Below, one piece after another: positions 12,935-27,818 of a stretch of 64,000 bases of DNA (position 1 is the first letter of the stretch; every line of letters starts with the position of its first letter). The translations under genes and the position numbers were made by a program. The DNA is from Octopus vulgaris (lineage: Eukaryota). The DNA lies in the NCBI GenBank assembly GCA_951406725.2, contig OX597834.1:16554001-16618000 (forward strand), written 5' to 3'. The notes below the pieces were generated by a model that saw only the letters and a program-made list of their open reading frames with translations, was not told where the DNA came from and did no database searches.

Positions 12935-13260
12935 AATCAAAATCTCTCGTGGAAGCGCCATCCAACCAAAATGCAAATATATGGGAAACTACCACCTGTG
13001 TCATCTCTTGTGAAAGGTAGGAGAGTCCAGTTTGCTGGACATTGTTGTAGAGCTGAAAAGAGGTAAATTCTACTCTTCTCCTCTGGGAGCCATCTACTCG
13101 CAATACCAGAGGACGCACACTCTCCTACCCTGATGTAATCTCCAGGGATACAGGCATCCAGCAACAGGACCTCCGTAATGCCATGATGGACTGTGAAGTC
13201 TGGCGTAGCATGGTAAATTCCATTGTCTCGACCACGGTCGAATAATGATGATGATGATGA
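12935..13260 (+). mobile_element. RTE-clade LINE 3' fragment
   Basis: Translates (one frameshift) to WKRHPTKMQIYGKLPPVSSLVKGRRVQFAGHC...RDTG...WRSMV; ends in a (TGA)n tail. Confidence 0.8.
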
Positions 13261-13425
13261 TTTTAATCAAATGTCCTAGTTTAAATATAGTTATAATCAT
13301 ATTTTTAGTTCTATTAAGAATATTTTTATCATATTTTCAGTCCTCTTTTTAATAATATTGTTAACCAATTGCAATCCTATTTTAAACTTGTTCTAATCTT
13401 ATTTTTACTCCTGTCTTTCATTCAG

Positions 13426-13500
13426 TAATGGTGGTTAATGTAACACAACCATTTGACCCAGAAGGAATGGCACGTGGTAGAGTTGTATCCCTGTTAGCAG
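13426..13500 (+). CDS. C3: C3-like exon, C345C domain (VMVVNVTQPFDPEGMARGRVVSLLA)
   Basis: ctttcattcag/gtaaga, 75 nt, phase 1-1, in frame with neighbours. Confidence 0.82.
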
Positions 13501-14822
13501 GTAAGAAGAGACACAAGGAGTCAAAACCCTTCTTAGCAAAATGTCTCACATGTTTTAATGTGTTTTGCTGGTCTGTAAACCTTGACAAGGATAGAGGAGG
13601 CTTGATTTAATAGGCTAGATATTTCAAGTGGATTTGTTATGTAGTATGAAGGTTACAGGATGGATTTGGTGATTAAACCTTCAGCATTCAAACTGGCCTC
13701 ATGAGACCAAAATATTTAACCTGTTTTATTGTGAAACTGACCAGATCTGACTTCTCACCTCATCCCTACAATGTCATTCTAAAACTAAGCAATCACATCG
13801 TCGACAGCTCAAGATAAGGCATGATTAATTTAAAACAATATAAATAAACAAAACATTACATTTGGCAGGATAATATGAATACTAAAGGGTTAATCAAAGA
13901 TAACAAATTTAAAAAGAGAGAGGCAAATGGAGTGAGACAGGGAAGGCAGAATAGTTGGTGGCAAAGCTCAGGGTGTGTGGACTACACAAGGCAGTCACTT
14001 TCTATAGAATATTAACCCTTTAAACTGGCCACATCCAGTCCAAATATTCTACATGTTTTATGTTCAAACTGGCCAGATTTGACATCTCATACCTACCCTA
14101 CAATGTCATTCTAAAAATATACAATCACATCGTTGAAATCTTGAAGCAGTGAGATAATGCATGATTAATTCAATACAATGGGAAGAAAGAAGTGTTGCAT
14201 TTGACCAAATAATCTGAATGCTAAAAGGTTAAAGTATAATATATGTAATGTAGTTGAAGGTATGTTATATGTAAGGAAAGAAGCAGCCATTTTGGTTACT
14301 GCAGAAGTCAACCAAAGGCAATACTGTGTCACTGAAATTCATCACCATCATCATTTAGCATCTGCTTGCCATGCTGGCATGGGTTAGACCAGGGGTCCTC
14401 AACCATTTTTTATCTAAGGGCTTCTTTGATTTACGATTTTATTCAGGTGGACCCCTATTTGCATTCGATGTTTAAAAGCTATTTTTATCGAAACTTTAAA
14501 AGTTCCTATTTTGTTTTCCACAAATAAATTCGTGAGGGTCAAAATATATAAAATGGTGGAGAAATAAACCTAGTTATTTCTTGCAATGCATACATCTAAA
14601 GTAAAATTTTTCAGGGGGCCCTTAAAATACGACTGTGGATCCCTAATTTAGTATTTTGTTGCGTGGACACCCCCAAAATCCAGACAAGGTTGTTTATGGA
14701 AGACGATAAAAAAATCTCATCATCAAAATCCCAAAGCTATGAGATAATACATGATTAATTGAAATCAATTTGAATAAATAAGCATTATGTTTGACAGAAG
14801 AATCTAAATGCTAAATAGTTAA

Positions 14823-15005
14823 TTCTGTTGTGTCTGGGGAGAGTCACTCTCTGTTAGTGCCTTATTATTTAACACACTCACCGGTAAAATTTCCACATAT
14901 TTCTTATTTTTATTTTCTTAAAATTTTCATTGCGTGTTGCAACCTTTACAATAGTTTTGACTATAAGGCACTAAGAGAGAATGACTCTCCCCAGACACAA
15001 CAGAA
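14823..15005. mobile_element. MITE with ~40-bp TIRs
   Basis: ctgttgtgtctggggagagtca...tgactctccccagacacaacag. Confidence 0.8.
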
Positions 15006-15250
15006 TATGCTTCAACACACGAAATCATATTAAGAATCTTGCAAACCAAATCCCAAAACGAAACCAAATAGTTAAGTTTTCTCTCAATCATTATATCAAT
15101 GTACCAAGTTACACTCAGTCATTATTTTAATATGTCAAGTTGTTTGTATGTACCAAGTTATACTTGATGTATCCTCATTGCTTGTGTGTTCTAAGTTAAA
15201 CTAAGTCGATGATCTGATATCCTGAGATGTGTCCCTTTCTTTATTTGCAG

Positions 15251-15377
15251 GCTACTTGCAAAACCTTGAGAACAGAGAGGTTATTTTCCAGAGAGGAATC
15301 TGTGACTGTCCCTACCTGGAGAATGGCCACACATATTTAGTTATGTCAAACAAATATGTTAAATACAATAAACAAGT
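15251..15377 (+). CDS. C3: C3-like exon, C345C/NTR domain (GYLQNLENREVIFQRGICDCPYLENGHTYLVMSNKYVKYNKQ)
   Basis: tatttgcag/gtaagt, phase 1-2; CxCPxL..G..YLVM netrin-module motif. Confidence 0.92.
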
Positions 15378-15546
15378 GTAAGTATTTGATTCTGACTTTT
15401 CATATATTTTATCCAAAGTGCCATGCAGTGTAACTGAACCTGAAATCTTATGGTTGCAAAGTGAGATTCTAAACCACACAGCCACATGCCTACACCCACA
15501 TCTACTGATTTGATTTTTACCGTTTCTTTTTTCCCCACTTTTGCAG

Positions 15547-15682
15547 GAATAAATTTTGGCTCGACAAGACTGGCTTCATTGCAGAAGAACTTAATCAATA
15601 TGCGAAGAAAACAATTCTAGCTTTCAAAACTAAAACCAGAAGCATTACAAGACATAATCTATGTAAGGTTTATAGAAAATAA
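15547..15682 (+). CDS. C3: C3-like terminal coding exon (VNKFWLDKTGFIAEELNQYAKKTILAFKTKTRSITRHNLCKVYRK*)
   Basis: ccccacttttgcag acceptor, phase 2, TAA at 15680-15682; aligns loosely with the C345C Y.L...T.VE segment. Confidence 0.85.
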
Positions 15683-15731
15683 TCCATTTGTAACCAGAAA
15701 GCATTTTGAGCTTTAAAGAATTATGAAAAAA

Positions 15732-15811
15732 AATAAAATGAAATTTAAAAAAAAAAAAAAGATTTTATGGGAAATCTTCATAAAAAGATATATTTCTGCA
15801 TAGAGAATAAA
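15732..15811 (+). terminator. Candidate polyadenylation signals of the C3-like gene
   Basis: AATAAA at 15732-15737 and 15806-15811, just downstream of the stop. Confidence 0.45.
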
Positions 15812-16172
15812 AGAATGATAAATAACCTTCCAGAAATGGTTCCTCACTTTTTGCATTTATTCTAAGTGTAAAGAATCCAAATCTAATGGCTCCAAAAGAC
15901 TAGTGTCTATTTTAACCATATTCTTTGAATAAATTCATTCCTGATACTTTTAATATTTTGTCTTTGTCTTTCTTTCATTTATATTCCCCCACCACCACCC
16001 CCACCCCCATTTATCTATCTTCTCTCAGATTTGCTCTCCTTAAATCTGAATTTTCTTTCCATTATTGCAGTGAAAATTCCAGTTGTGTAGGAATGATTCA
16101 GTTGTGTGTGTGAGTGCATGCATATCTATGTATGTATTCATGTATGTATATAAATATGTTTGTATATATATG

Positions 16173-16240
<68 letters not shown>

Positions 16241-16378
16241 AATATCTATCTATACATTTATATGTATGAATGTGTATGCATATATATATATATATATATA
16301 TATATACATTTATATGTATGAATGTGTATGCATATATATATATATATATCGGAAGGTTTGGAGATGATGTACAGGTAT

Positions 16379-16762
16379 TATATATTAGAAAAATTGAGGT
16401 AATCAGATCAGATGGTTCATATTTGTAGATATTTATTTATATATTACATTTTTTACATATATATCATATCATTCGGATTAGCGCTTGCTCCCATTCTAGT
16501 GGGTTTTCAAATCAAATCAGTTGTGGGTAGTTTGAACCTTTTTATAGTTTCGTAGTAGTGGGTGAGGAGTTCCTCCTCACCCACTACTACGAAACTATAA
16601 AAAGGTTCAAACTACCCACAACTGATTTGATTTGAAAACCCACTAGAATGGGAGCAAGCGCTAATCCGAATGATATGATATATATGTAAAAAATGTAATA
16701 TATAAATAAATATCTACAAATATGAACCATCTGATCTGATTACCTCAATTTTTCTAATATAT
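16379..16762. repeat. Near-perfect palindrome, ~190-bp arms, 3-nt loop
   Basis: Arms meet at gaggag-ttc-ctcctc (16564-16578); one 1-nt indel; flanked by (TA)n. Confidence 0.95.
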
Positions 16763-17927
16763 ATATATATATATATATACTCTTTTACTTGTTTCAGTCA
16801 TTTGACTGCGGCCATGATGGAGAACCGCCTTTAGTCAAGGAAATCGAACCCAGGACTTATTCTTTGTAAGCCTAGTACTTATTCTATCGGTCTCTCTTTG
16901 CCGAACCACTAAGTTACGGGGACGTAAACACACCACCATCGGTTGTCAAGCAATGCTAGGGGGACAAACACAGACACACAAACACACACATATATATAAT
17001 ACATATATACGATGGGCTTCTTTCAGTTTCCATCTGCTAAATCCACTCACAAGGCTTTGGTCAGGCCAAGGCTATAGTAGAAGACACTTGCCCAAGGTGC
17101 CATGCAGTGGGACTGAACCTGGAACTATGTGGTTGGCAAGCAAGCTACTTACTCCTGTGCCTATGTGAAATATTTTACCAAATTTTTAATACAATTCCTA
17201 ATAATATTAATTATAAAAATATAATAACATTTTTTAAACATCAAATGGTTATGAGAGTTCATCCAAGTAAATTAGAAATCAAAGAGGTCCATGAGTAAAA
17301 AATGGTTAAGAAACACTGGTTAGATCATTTTAAATCAGGAAGCTTCTATCATAGAACCAAAGCCATTCTCAGGCAGGTTGGTATCAAAAGGGTTACAAAG
17401 AGGAAGCTTTGTATCATTAAATAAGAAGAGAATTCAGTGAGGATTAGCATTAAACCCCATACATAAAATGCTACATCAAAACAAACTGAAAGGGGACCAG
17501 CAGTGCCTGAGAAATTGGGTCAAGAGATAAAGGAAAGATCACAGAACTACCATCTAATGACAGGAAGCAGATCATTACTGTCTGTCACTGGAAACAATCC
17601 CTGCAATTAATGAGAGGAACGCTGAGAAATACACCATTATGAATGGGCTGTGAAAGACTTCAGAATGTTTGGGAGTTGTGATGTGCAACACAGCTAACAG
17701 AATGCAAGGTTTTGAACTATATGGAAATACTTGCTGTTATTACGGAGATATACTCGCATAGCAAGTGATTTGATCTGAGTACAAACACCTTCCTTGCTGT
17801 TATTATTTCTTCAAAAATCACTGAATTACAAGTGGTGATGTCTTTCTCCTACCAATCAGTCACTCACGTTACACCTTTGACAACAGGTGGAATAGGAGAG
17901 TCTACACTTGGAAAAAAAAAAAACATA

Positions 17928-18350
17928 GGCGCAGGAGTGGCTGTGTGGTAAGTAGCTTGCTAACCAACCACATGGTTCTGGGTTCAGTCCCACTGCGTGG
18001 CATCATGGGCAAGTGTCTTCTGCTATAGCCCCGGGCCGACCAATGCCTTGTGGGTGGATTTGGTAGACGGAAACTGAAAGAAGCCTGTCGTATATATATG
18101 TATATATATATATAACTGTGTGTGTATATGTTTGTGTGTCTGCGTTAGTCCCCCTAGCATTGCTTGACAACCGATGCTGGTGTGTTTACGTCCCCGTCAC
18201 TTAGCGGTTCGGCAAAAGAGACCGATAAAATAAGTACTGGGCTTACAAAGAATAAGTCCCGGGGTCGATTTGCTCGACTAAAGGCGGTGCTCCAGCATGG
18301 CCGCAGTCAAATGACTGAAACAAGTAAAAGAGTAAAGAGTAAAGAGAGTT
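17928..18350 (+). mobile_element. Full-length tRNA-derived SINE family 1 (also 12370-12730, 16780-17163 minus, 23030-23412 minus)
   Basis: ggcgcaggagtggctgtgtggta...gggttcagtccc head, internal (TA/TG)n, (aaagagt)n tail. Confidence 0.85.
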
Positions 18351-18844
18351 ATGGGTTAATGACGGGAAGAGCATCTGGCCGTAAAACAATGTCACAGTAA
18401 TATTTTTGTCTAGCCCAGGCTGTAGCGGTACATGGCTTAGTGGTTATGGGCGTTGGACTCGTGATTGTTAAGTTTGTGGTTTCGATTCCTTGACCAGGCA
18501 ACACATTGTGTCTCCATTTCATGTTACTCCAGTGCACTCAAAAGAGAGCAATCCTGCAACAGACCAGTGTCTCATCTAGGTAGGAAATATACACACCATG
18601 GAAACCAGTTCTATGAGGCTCAGGAAGGATGTTTATCCTATCTATGCCATGCGCATGCACACACACACACACATATATATATATACACAAGTGTGTGCAT
18701 AGGTGCAGGCATGGCTGTGTGGTAAGAACCTTGCTTCCCAACTACATGGTTCCAGGTTCAGTCCCACTGCATGGTACCTTGGGCAAGTGTCTTCTACTAT
18801 GCATTGTGAGTGGATTTAGAAGACAGAAACTGAAAGAAGCCCGT

Positions 18845-18911
<67 letters not shown>

Positions 18912-20420
18912 CTCTGTGTGTGTCTGTGTTTGTCCCCTCACCATTGCTTGACAACTGATGTTGGTGTGTTTATGTTCCCGAAATGTAAGGTTGTGAGTTC
19001 GAATCCCAGACCGGGCTGCAAGTTGTCTTCTTGAGCAAGACACTTTATTTCACGTTGCTCCAGTTCACTCAGCTGTAGAAATGAGTTGCGATGTCACAGG
19101 TGCCAAGCTGTATCGGCCTTTGTCTTTCCCTTGGATAACACTGGCGGCATGGAGAGGGGAGGCCAGTATGCATGGGCAACTGCTGGTCTTCCATAAACAA
19201 CCTTGTCCAGATTTGTGCCTGGGAGGGTAACTTTCTAGGTGCAATCCCATAGTCAGTGTCGTGACCGAAGTGGGTCTCAGATATATATATATATATACAC
19301 ACACACATATAGATACACACACACACACATATAGATACATTCACAGACAGTTGGCATCCTGTAGCAGACAGTTAATCAGTTAATATAAGGGAGGTAATAA
19401 TTTTTTCATAATATTTGGTGGGATTGAAAGTATGAATATGAAATTAAAGAAAAAGAAAAAACAGCACTGAATATACATACAACTGTTTTTTTCGTTTCGT
19501 TTTGTTTTGTTTGTTTTTTTTTGTTGTTGTTTTTTTTTGCTTACTAAGGAAATTCATATTTATACACACATACATATAGGGTATCTGAAAATAGGGCAGT
19601 ATTTAACAGTGAATTGTAATAAAAAAACAAAAACAACAAAGAAAGGATCACTGTAAGGGTTACCATGTAATATGGATGGGGGGTGGGACACAAAGCATAG
19701 CAGAAGAGGGACTCCAGAAATTATGAATTGATTTGTCAAATTTGTTATTCAAAACAAGAAAACAAACGGTACATGTCAAATACTTTATATGAAAACCATT
19801 TTATTTTAACATCTATAATAATAAAAATTAAAATGATAATAATAATAATAACCTGCTCATAATTATTTCATTCAAGGGTAAGAAATAAGAAATATTAGTA
19901 GTAGTGGTAATAGTAGTTGTAGTAGTAGTAATAATAATAATAATCATAATGATAATAATGGTCGTCAAATATTATTATTATTATTATTATTAATTCTAAA
20001 GAATTTATAGAGTAAAAAATGTACAAATGCCAACACAATGTATAAATAAATTAATTAGATGATATTTTGGAGACAAATGAGAGAGAGATAGAGAGAGAGA
20101 CAGACAGACAGAGACAGACAAAAAGTGACAAATAAATAACATTTAAGGAGGAAGAAAAAAAAAATGAAGTTTCATTATAGTTAAGAAGTAATAATAATGA
20201 TATCAAACGCATAATTCGCTGAAATGGCTTGGAGAGTTGTAATAAGACCAAAAACAGATATTGTAGAAAAGATAGAAATTCTGAAAGGAAAATTTAATGG
20301 GAAAAAAAAAGAAAATCTGATTGTTTCAGCCAAAGTAATCAACAGTTTTTGTGGTAGTTGTTGTTGTTGTAGGACAAGTAATTTTTTTATAATTATTTTT
20401 AATTTAAGAGAGAGAGAGAC

Positions 20421-20455
<35 letters not shown>

Positions 20456-20748
20456 GAGAGAGAGAGAGAAAGAAAAAGACAAAGTTTCTGAAAGAGAAAG
20501 TGGTAATAAGAAAATAGAATTTTAAAAGATTGCAAAGAGAAAGACAAAAAGAAGTTTTAAAAAATTATTAAAAGATTATATATATATATATATATACATA
20601 TATATATGTATGTATATGCAGGAATGCTAAATTGCCAAATGATAGTAGCTTGAAGCATATGTATTTTGAAATATATATGTGTGTGTGTGTGTGTGTGTGC
20701 ATTTAAGTATGAATATATACACATTCTCAAAGCTATATGCATGTACAA

Positions 20749-20805
<57 letters not shown>

Positions 20806-21175
20806 CATAAATACATATATATAGGAATATATATATATATGTACACACCAAAATACATATATACATTATATATATATAGAAATATATATATCTGTATGTA
20901 TATTAGCATGCAGACTTCAGAGCTGTACATTTTCAGCCAGTCGCTTCCTCTGAAATTGTGTGGTAAAACCAAAACAATTTCCATGAAGGCAAAGTCATTT
21001 TAATCATCCTGAAACACAAAATGTTTGCTATCTTTGCTGCCTGGTCACAAACACGATCAGGTTACAAAAATGTGACGTAAAGTTTTGCAACAAACAATAC
21101 AGGAGATAAATGACAAGGCTCTTGCACAAATTATGCGCATACATACATCATATATATAAATATATACACATGTTT

Positions 21176-21206
<31 letters not shown>

Positions 21207-21465
21207 CTCATATATATGTGTGTGTGTATGTGTATGCGTTTGTATACATATATATAAATATATATATCTAACATATGTACATATGCACATTATATACTTA
21301 TGTATATGTATACATGTTTACATACATATATACAAACAAGTCGTCTTAGCTCACTTTCATGATAAATGCAAATCATTGAGGTCATGTGTTGTACATAAAT
21401 GCATATATATCCTTGCACAGACACACAAGCATGTACCTGTACATACAACTGTGTATGCATGTATA

Positions 21466-21497
<32 letters not shown>

Positions 21498-22703
21498 CTC
21501 ACACACACACATACATATAAACATCATCATCATCATTGTCATCGTTTAGTGTCTGCTTTCCATACTGGTATGGGTTGGATGGTTTGCCTGAGGACAGGCA
21601 AGCTGCACAAGGCTCCAATCTGATATTATATACACACACAGAGACACACACATATATATAGCTATCTAATGCTTTTGGGGGGCCTACAATTACCTATATT
21701 ATTGATTCTGTTATTACCATTTTTAATTGTTACACTAGATAATAATAGTGAATAATATCTTCGCAAATATTTTCTCATGAATTATTTGCGCCATATATAC
21801 ATACACATACATACATTCAAGTGTATCTGTATACACACACACACGATAAATGTATAAATACATATATCTGTACATATCTGCACACACAGACACACACCTC
21901 TAAAAATCCCCTCTACTGAAGACAAGGCAAGACAAATGCTGTGCTGATGATGACTACTGGGGCAGGAACACATGCCGTAACTGTCATCAAGTCTACAGGC
22001 TTTGTTAACAGCATGTTTTTGATACTTGGGATTACTTCCCCTTCTTACTTGTAGAATGTGCCACGTACCACTGAGCAATTTTCTATCTTCTCTGGAAGCA
22101 GAGAGAATATCAATACATCAGGAATCTATCTTGCATGCTATTTAGTAAAACCCTTGTCTTAGTTGTTCGTATACTTGCCACTGGCCATTCTGAATTATTT
22201 TGCCTTGCTTACTTTTTTTCTCTAAATATATATATATATATACACATACATACATATATATATATATATATACATACATGCATATATAAGCATACACACA
22301 TATACACATACATACATATATATATATATATACACATACATACATATATATATATATATACACATACATACATATATATATATATATATACACACATACA
22401 TACATATATATATATATATATACACACACACATACATACATATATATATATATATACACATACATACATATATATATATATACATACATATATGTATATA
22501 TATATATATACATACATACATACACACACACACACATATATATATATATATTTATACATACATATATATACATACATACATATATATACATACATTCATA
22601 CATACATACACACATACATTTACACATACATACATACACACATACAATCATACATACATACATTCATACATATATATACATATACACACACACACACTAT
22701 ATG

Positions 22704-22925
22704 ACAGGGTGCTGAAAAGTTCCTGGCTTTGAGTAAAAGAAAATTCAGGAGGATCAGTTAATTATGATTTTATTCAACATATTCCCCACCTCAGATTCAC
22801 ACACTTATTGCAACAGTCCTTCGGTTTTTCTTAAGCCCTGTAAAAGAACTCCTGTAAAAGAAGGTTGGGCCTCCAACCAGGCCTTTCGTGATACCCTTAA
22901 AGCCAGAAACTTTTCAGCACCCTCT
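22704..22925. mobile_element. mariner-type MITE (second copy 40775-40990)
   Basis: TIRs gggtgctgaaaagttcctggcttt / aaagccagaaacttttcagcaccc. Confidence 0.75.
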
Positions 22926-24054
22926 CGGATACATGTATATATAATATACATACACTATATAGTTGAATACTGTTCAGATATATATATATATATACACACA
23001 TATAAAATACATTATATATATACTCTTTACCCTCTTTTACTCTTTTACTTGTATCAGTCATTTGACTGCGGCCATGCTGGAGCACCGCCTTTAGTCGAGC
23101 AAATCGACCCCGGGACTTATTCTTTTGTAAGCCCAGTACTTATTCTATCGGTCTCTTTTGACGTAAACACACCAGCATCGGTTGTCAAGCAATGCTAGGG
23201 GGACAAACACACACACATACACATATATACATATATATACTTATATACGACAGGCTTCTTTCAGTTTCCATCTACCAAATCCACTCACAAGGCTTTGGTC
23301 GGCCCGACGCTATAGCAGAAGGCACTTGCCCAAGATGCCACGCAGTGGGACTGAACCTGGAACCATGTGGTTGGTTAGCAAGCTACTTACCACACAGCCA
23401 CTCCTGCGCCTATGTATATGCATATGATATACACACATATGTATATATTTAATGCATTCATACATATATTAAATCTTGATATAAGAACAGATGCAATAAG
23501 AGACATAGATGAGGAAAGTTCATATTCTTTTTAACAGCACTCACTGTCCTATTTTAGTATCGTTTATTACCACCACCATCACCATCATCATCATCATTAC
23601 ACAACTTTAAATGACAAACAATACTACAAAAATAAATAAGTAAATAAATAAGTAAATGAAAGAAGTCTATATATTTTGTTTGTTTTTTTTTTATTTTTTA
23701 AAATTTTCTTTTAAATAAGGCATTTTCAATTTAAACTGGATAACATAAATGATAAAATGTTTTTTTGTTGGGGGGCTAAGAACAATAGAATACTTGATTA
23801 AACAAACAATGAGGGGGAGAAAAAAAACAAAAAACAAACAAAAACAAAGCAAATGGCTAAAAGTTGTATTGTATTAGATTATTGATAATGCATATAATTG
23901 ATTCACAAGGTTAAAAAAAAAAAAGGATTAAAGAGTGACAAGAGTTAAACATGAAATATTTTTGAAAGAAATATGCTATTTTGAATAAGCTTTGTTCAAG
24001 TTCACAAAATGATAATTTATGAATGAGAATAATATGTATATCACATTAATCATA

Positions 24055-24099
<45 letters not shown>

Positions 24100-24807
24100 C
24101 ATACATATATATATACATATATATATACATACACACATATATATGTATATATATGTGTGTATGTATATGTATGTGTATATATATATGTGTATGTATATGT
24201 ATATGTGTATATATATCATCATCATCGGAAAATGGACGTTAAACGATGATGATGAGGAGGATATATATATACACATATACATACACATATATATATATAC
24301 ACATATACATATATATACATATATATATACATATATATACATATATATATACATATATATATACACACATACATACATACATATCTAGTCATACACACAA
24401 ACATGTACATACATAATATGCATATCATATATATTGAATTTATATGCATGTCATATATATATATACATACATATCATTATACACACACATATACATCTAT
24501 GTACAGACATGCACGCATGCACACACACACACACACACACGCACGCACACACAAATACATACATACACACACAGAGAATGAAGTAAACATGAAGTTAGAG
24601 ATAAAATAGTTTTGTTCGATTATTTTATTTATTTACGTATTATTTTTTTTCTTCTCTCCATTTCCTATCTTCGCATATTTTTCTAAATTATAGTCAAATA
24701 AACGACAAACAATACCATTTTTCTCACTATGTTTTTGTTGCTATTCCTTTGAAAGTGTCGGTAAGTTAGTTTCAGTATCTATAATGCTAAAAAAAAAAAA
24801 CCATACA

Positions 24808-24858
<51 letters not shown>

Positions 24859-25858
24859 TAGCAGTGGACTAACAACTATCATAAAAGAAATGTTGCAGGC
24901 TGCATCCATGAAATATTTGATAAAAAAAATTTCACAAATTTTAGTTTGGATTTACTGAAGATTCATAAAAAGAAAATGTTTTTGTTTTATTTTTGTTTCA
25001 GTTTAGTTGTGTGTGTTTGTTTGTTTTAATTACTGAAAAGGAACAAAAATCAAGAATAAATGCATATATAAATAGAATAAGAAGGAAACAAAAATATCCC
25101 TAAAACTATATCTACTGAAATTTTTTTACTGACTGAATATCAGTCAGTTGTAGGAGAAACTTTAGCAGTTTGTACATGGTTTTGTGTGGTGCATATGCGT
25201 GGATGTGTGCGCCTGTAAACACACACATGCACTATATATGTATATATGTGTGTGTATGTATATCTATATGCATGCATGTGTGTGCAAATATATATATCAC
25301 ACATATAGATACAGATAAACAATACACACCCTTTTGCTGGTTTCAGTCATTGGACTGCAACCATATAAATTCCTCCATTAAATGTACTTGAATTATGTAA
25401 CACAACAAAATATAAGTACAGAAAGAGAGAGAAACAGATAAAGAGAAGAGAAGAGAAACCATGAGAGGAAACACAAAGGGATGGAAAGCAAACCACAATA
25501 ACTTCACTCGCTTGTTTGTGTTCATTTCATGTTTTAATTTTCTATTCAAAATTCAGTTCCATTTTGGTTATGGTCTTTATAAAATCAGTCAGAACACAGA
25601 GAAAGTTCTTTACAAGAACTGTAGGAAAATTCTTAGAAAATGACACGGCCGATTTCACTACAATCTTATGATTATTATTATTATTATTTTTATCATTATT
25701 ATTATTTTTATTATTATCATTATTATTATTTACCATTATTATTATGCATGTAGACACTTGCTTTTTTTTTAGTCTTGTCTTTTGTTTTGCCTATTTTTAA
25801 TTATGTAAAAGGCAATAAACAAACCAACAATACTACTCTGCAACCTACACACACACAC

Positions 25859-25905
<47 letters not shown>

Positions 25906-27609
25906 CACACACACACACACATACACACAAATAAAAATTTCCAACAAAAAAACAAAACACAATGATATTAAATGTGGGTTTGTTGTAGTTCTTTCTCCTG
26001 GTGAAGAGTCTTTTACCAAGCTTGTCATACCATATTCCAGATATTCTTGGGAAATATTTCTGCTGCAGCAAATCGTTAGTGCTATGAGTATAAACAGTGA
26101 TTAGTGATAATGGAGATGCATCTACATACATGTATATTTAATATGCATACACATAGTTACACACACACACACACATATATATATACATATATACACACAC
26201 ACAGATATATATATATATATATATATATAGGAATATACGCATAAATTCTATATACAGATACACACCTATATATACATATAGATATACATGTACACATATG
26301 CAAACATACACACACATACAGATTCACATACATATGTGCATATTGATATGTGTGTGTGTGTGTACATATACAGATAAATTCATATGCGTGTATATGGATC
26401 CTTCCTATATATATATATATAACCATATGAATATATATGTATATATATGTTTGTGTGTATGTATGTGCATATATTCACACACATACATGTATACATTTTC
26501 TCAGAGTCTTGAAATTTATTCTCACAGTAGTAGTAGTAGTAATAATAATAATAATAATTATTATTATTATTATTTTATGTACATAGAACACAATAGACCG
26601 CCAAGGAAAATTCATTATTACAGTTACCTTTTATTTTTAACAAATAACATTCTTTTAATTGCACGTTGCTTTTGTGTGCGTAACATACATCTATATATAC
26701 ATACATATATACGTACCTACACACACACACACACATATATCTATATCTTTGCGTATATATTATTGGGGAGTGCAACCACAATCTGACGTCATACAGGTGT
26801 TAGACTAATGGAATGAAGGCTGACTTAGAGTTTGCCAATATAATACTAAACTTTAAGCAATGATTAATGATGGATAAATTAAGTAAATCATTACATTACA
26901 TATATATATATATATATATATACATACATATATATACATATATATATATATATATTATATATATGTATTTTTGGTTTGGTTTCTGTCTTTTTGCTTTTTT
27001 AAAGTTTCTTGCAACAAAAGTACGCATGCTCACCGCGCTGGACAAAGTAAGCACCCCACCCACCCCATGCACGTCTATCAGACAAATCCCAAGGAAAACA
27101 CATACATGCATGCACACACACACGCACGCACAAGCACACAGCCGTGCATACACTCACAGAAAAAAAAAGTTAAAAATTACAAATAATGCATGTTATCAAT
27201 GCATGTAATATCAATGTTATGTCATATATATATATATATATATATTTTTTTTTTTTTTGTCGACACACACACATGCAAATTTTCATTGGTTTATGTGCGT
27301 GATGTTGCTATTGTTGTTATTGTTGTAACCTTCGATACAACAAATAAACAAATTCGCTTGTATCCAGAGTTTACTTTTCACTCGCACATACAGAGACCAA
27401 AAAAAAAAAAAAAAAAAAAGAGATTAAAATGTCTATTTAAATAAAAACAACAAAAATGACTGTACAAAAATAACGTACACAAAATTTGGGGGCAAAAAAA
27501 AAAAAGGTTTTGAAGGGGTGGGGCTGGAGTGATGTGAAAGAGGAAGGAAAAGAGAGGAAAGAGAGAGAGAGAAACTGATGCCAATGAAGACTTCAAAAAT
27601 GGCCATCCT

Positions 27610-27818
27610 TTAAATGTTCTGGTTTACAGTGTCACAACTGTTGTCAGCATTGTCGTGCAGGATTAGCCTGCGGGCCTCCACTTCTGGCCAAGATTTGCTG
27701 CAGATGGGATGATGTTGGGCATGCTTTTCCATCGGAGGAGAACCACTTTCGGTATAAACAACGTCTGGCAAAGTTCGTGGCTGGTGACATCCTGTGTTTA
27801 TCGGGTCAGCTTTGTCAA
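27610..27818 (-). CDS. Distal terminal coding exon of an unidentified minus-strand gene (DKADPINTGCHQPRTLPDVVYTESGSPPMEKHAQHHPICSKSWPEVEARRLILHDNADNSCDTVNQNI*)
   Basis: Strong acceptor tttcttttattcttattttcag, GC-richer coding-like composition, phase-1 frame open for 68 codons to TAA; U-rich UTR-like sequence follows. Confidence 0.75.

Noticed and set aside
17928-18000. tRNA-like sequences
   Set aside because: SINE heads with A/B boxes; no complete cloverleaf.
20550-27250. Many YI/HT/CV-rich ORFs (also 43.2-44.6 kb and 47.6-48.2 kb)
   Set aside because: (TA)n/(CA)n microsatellite artefacts.
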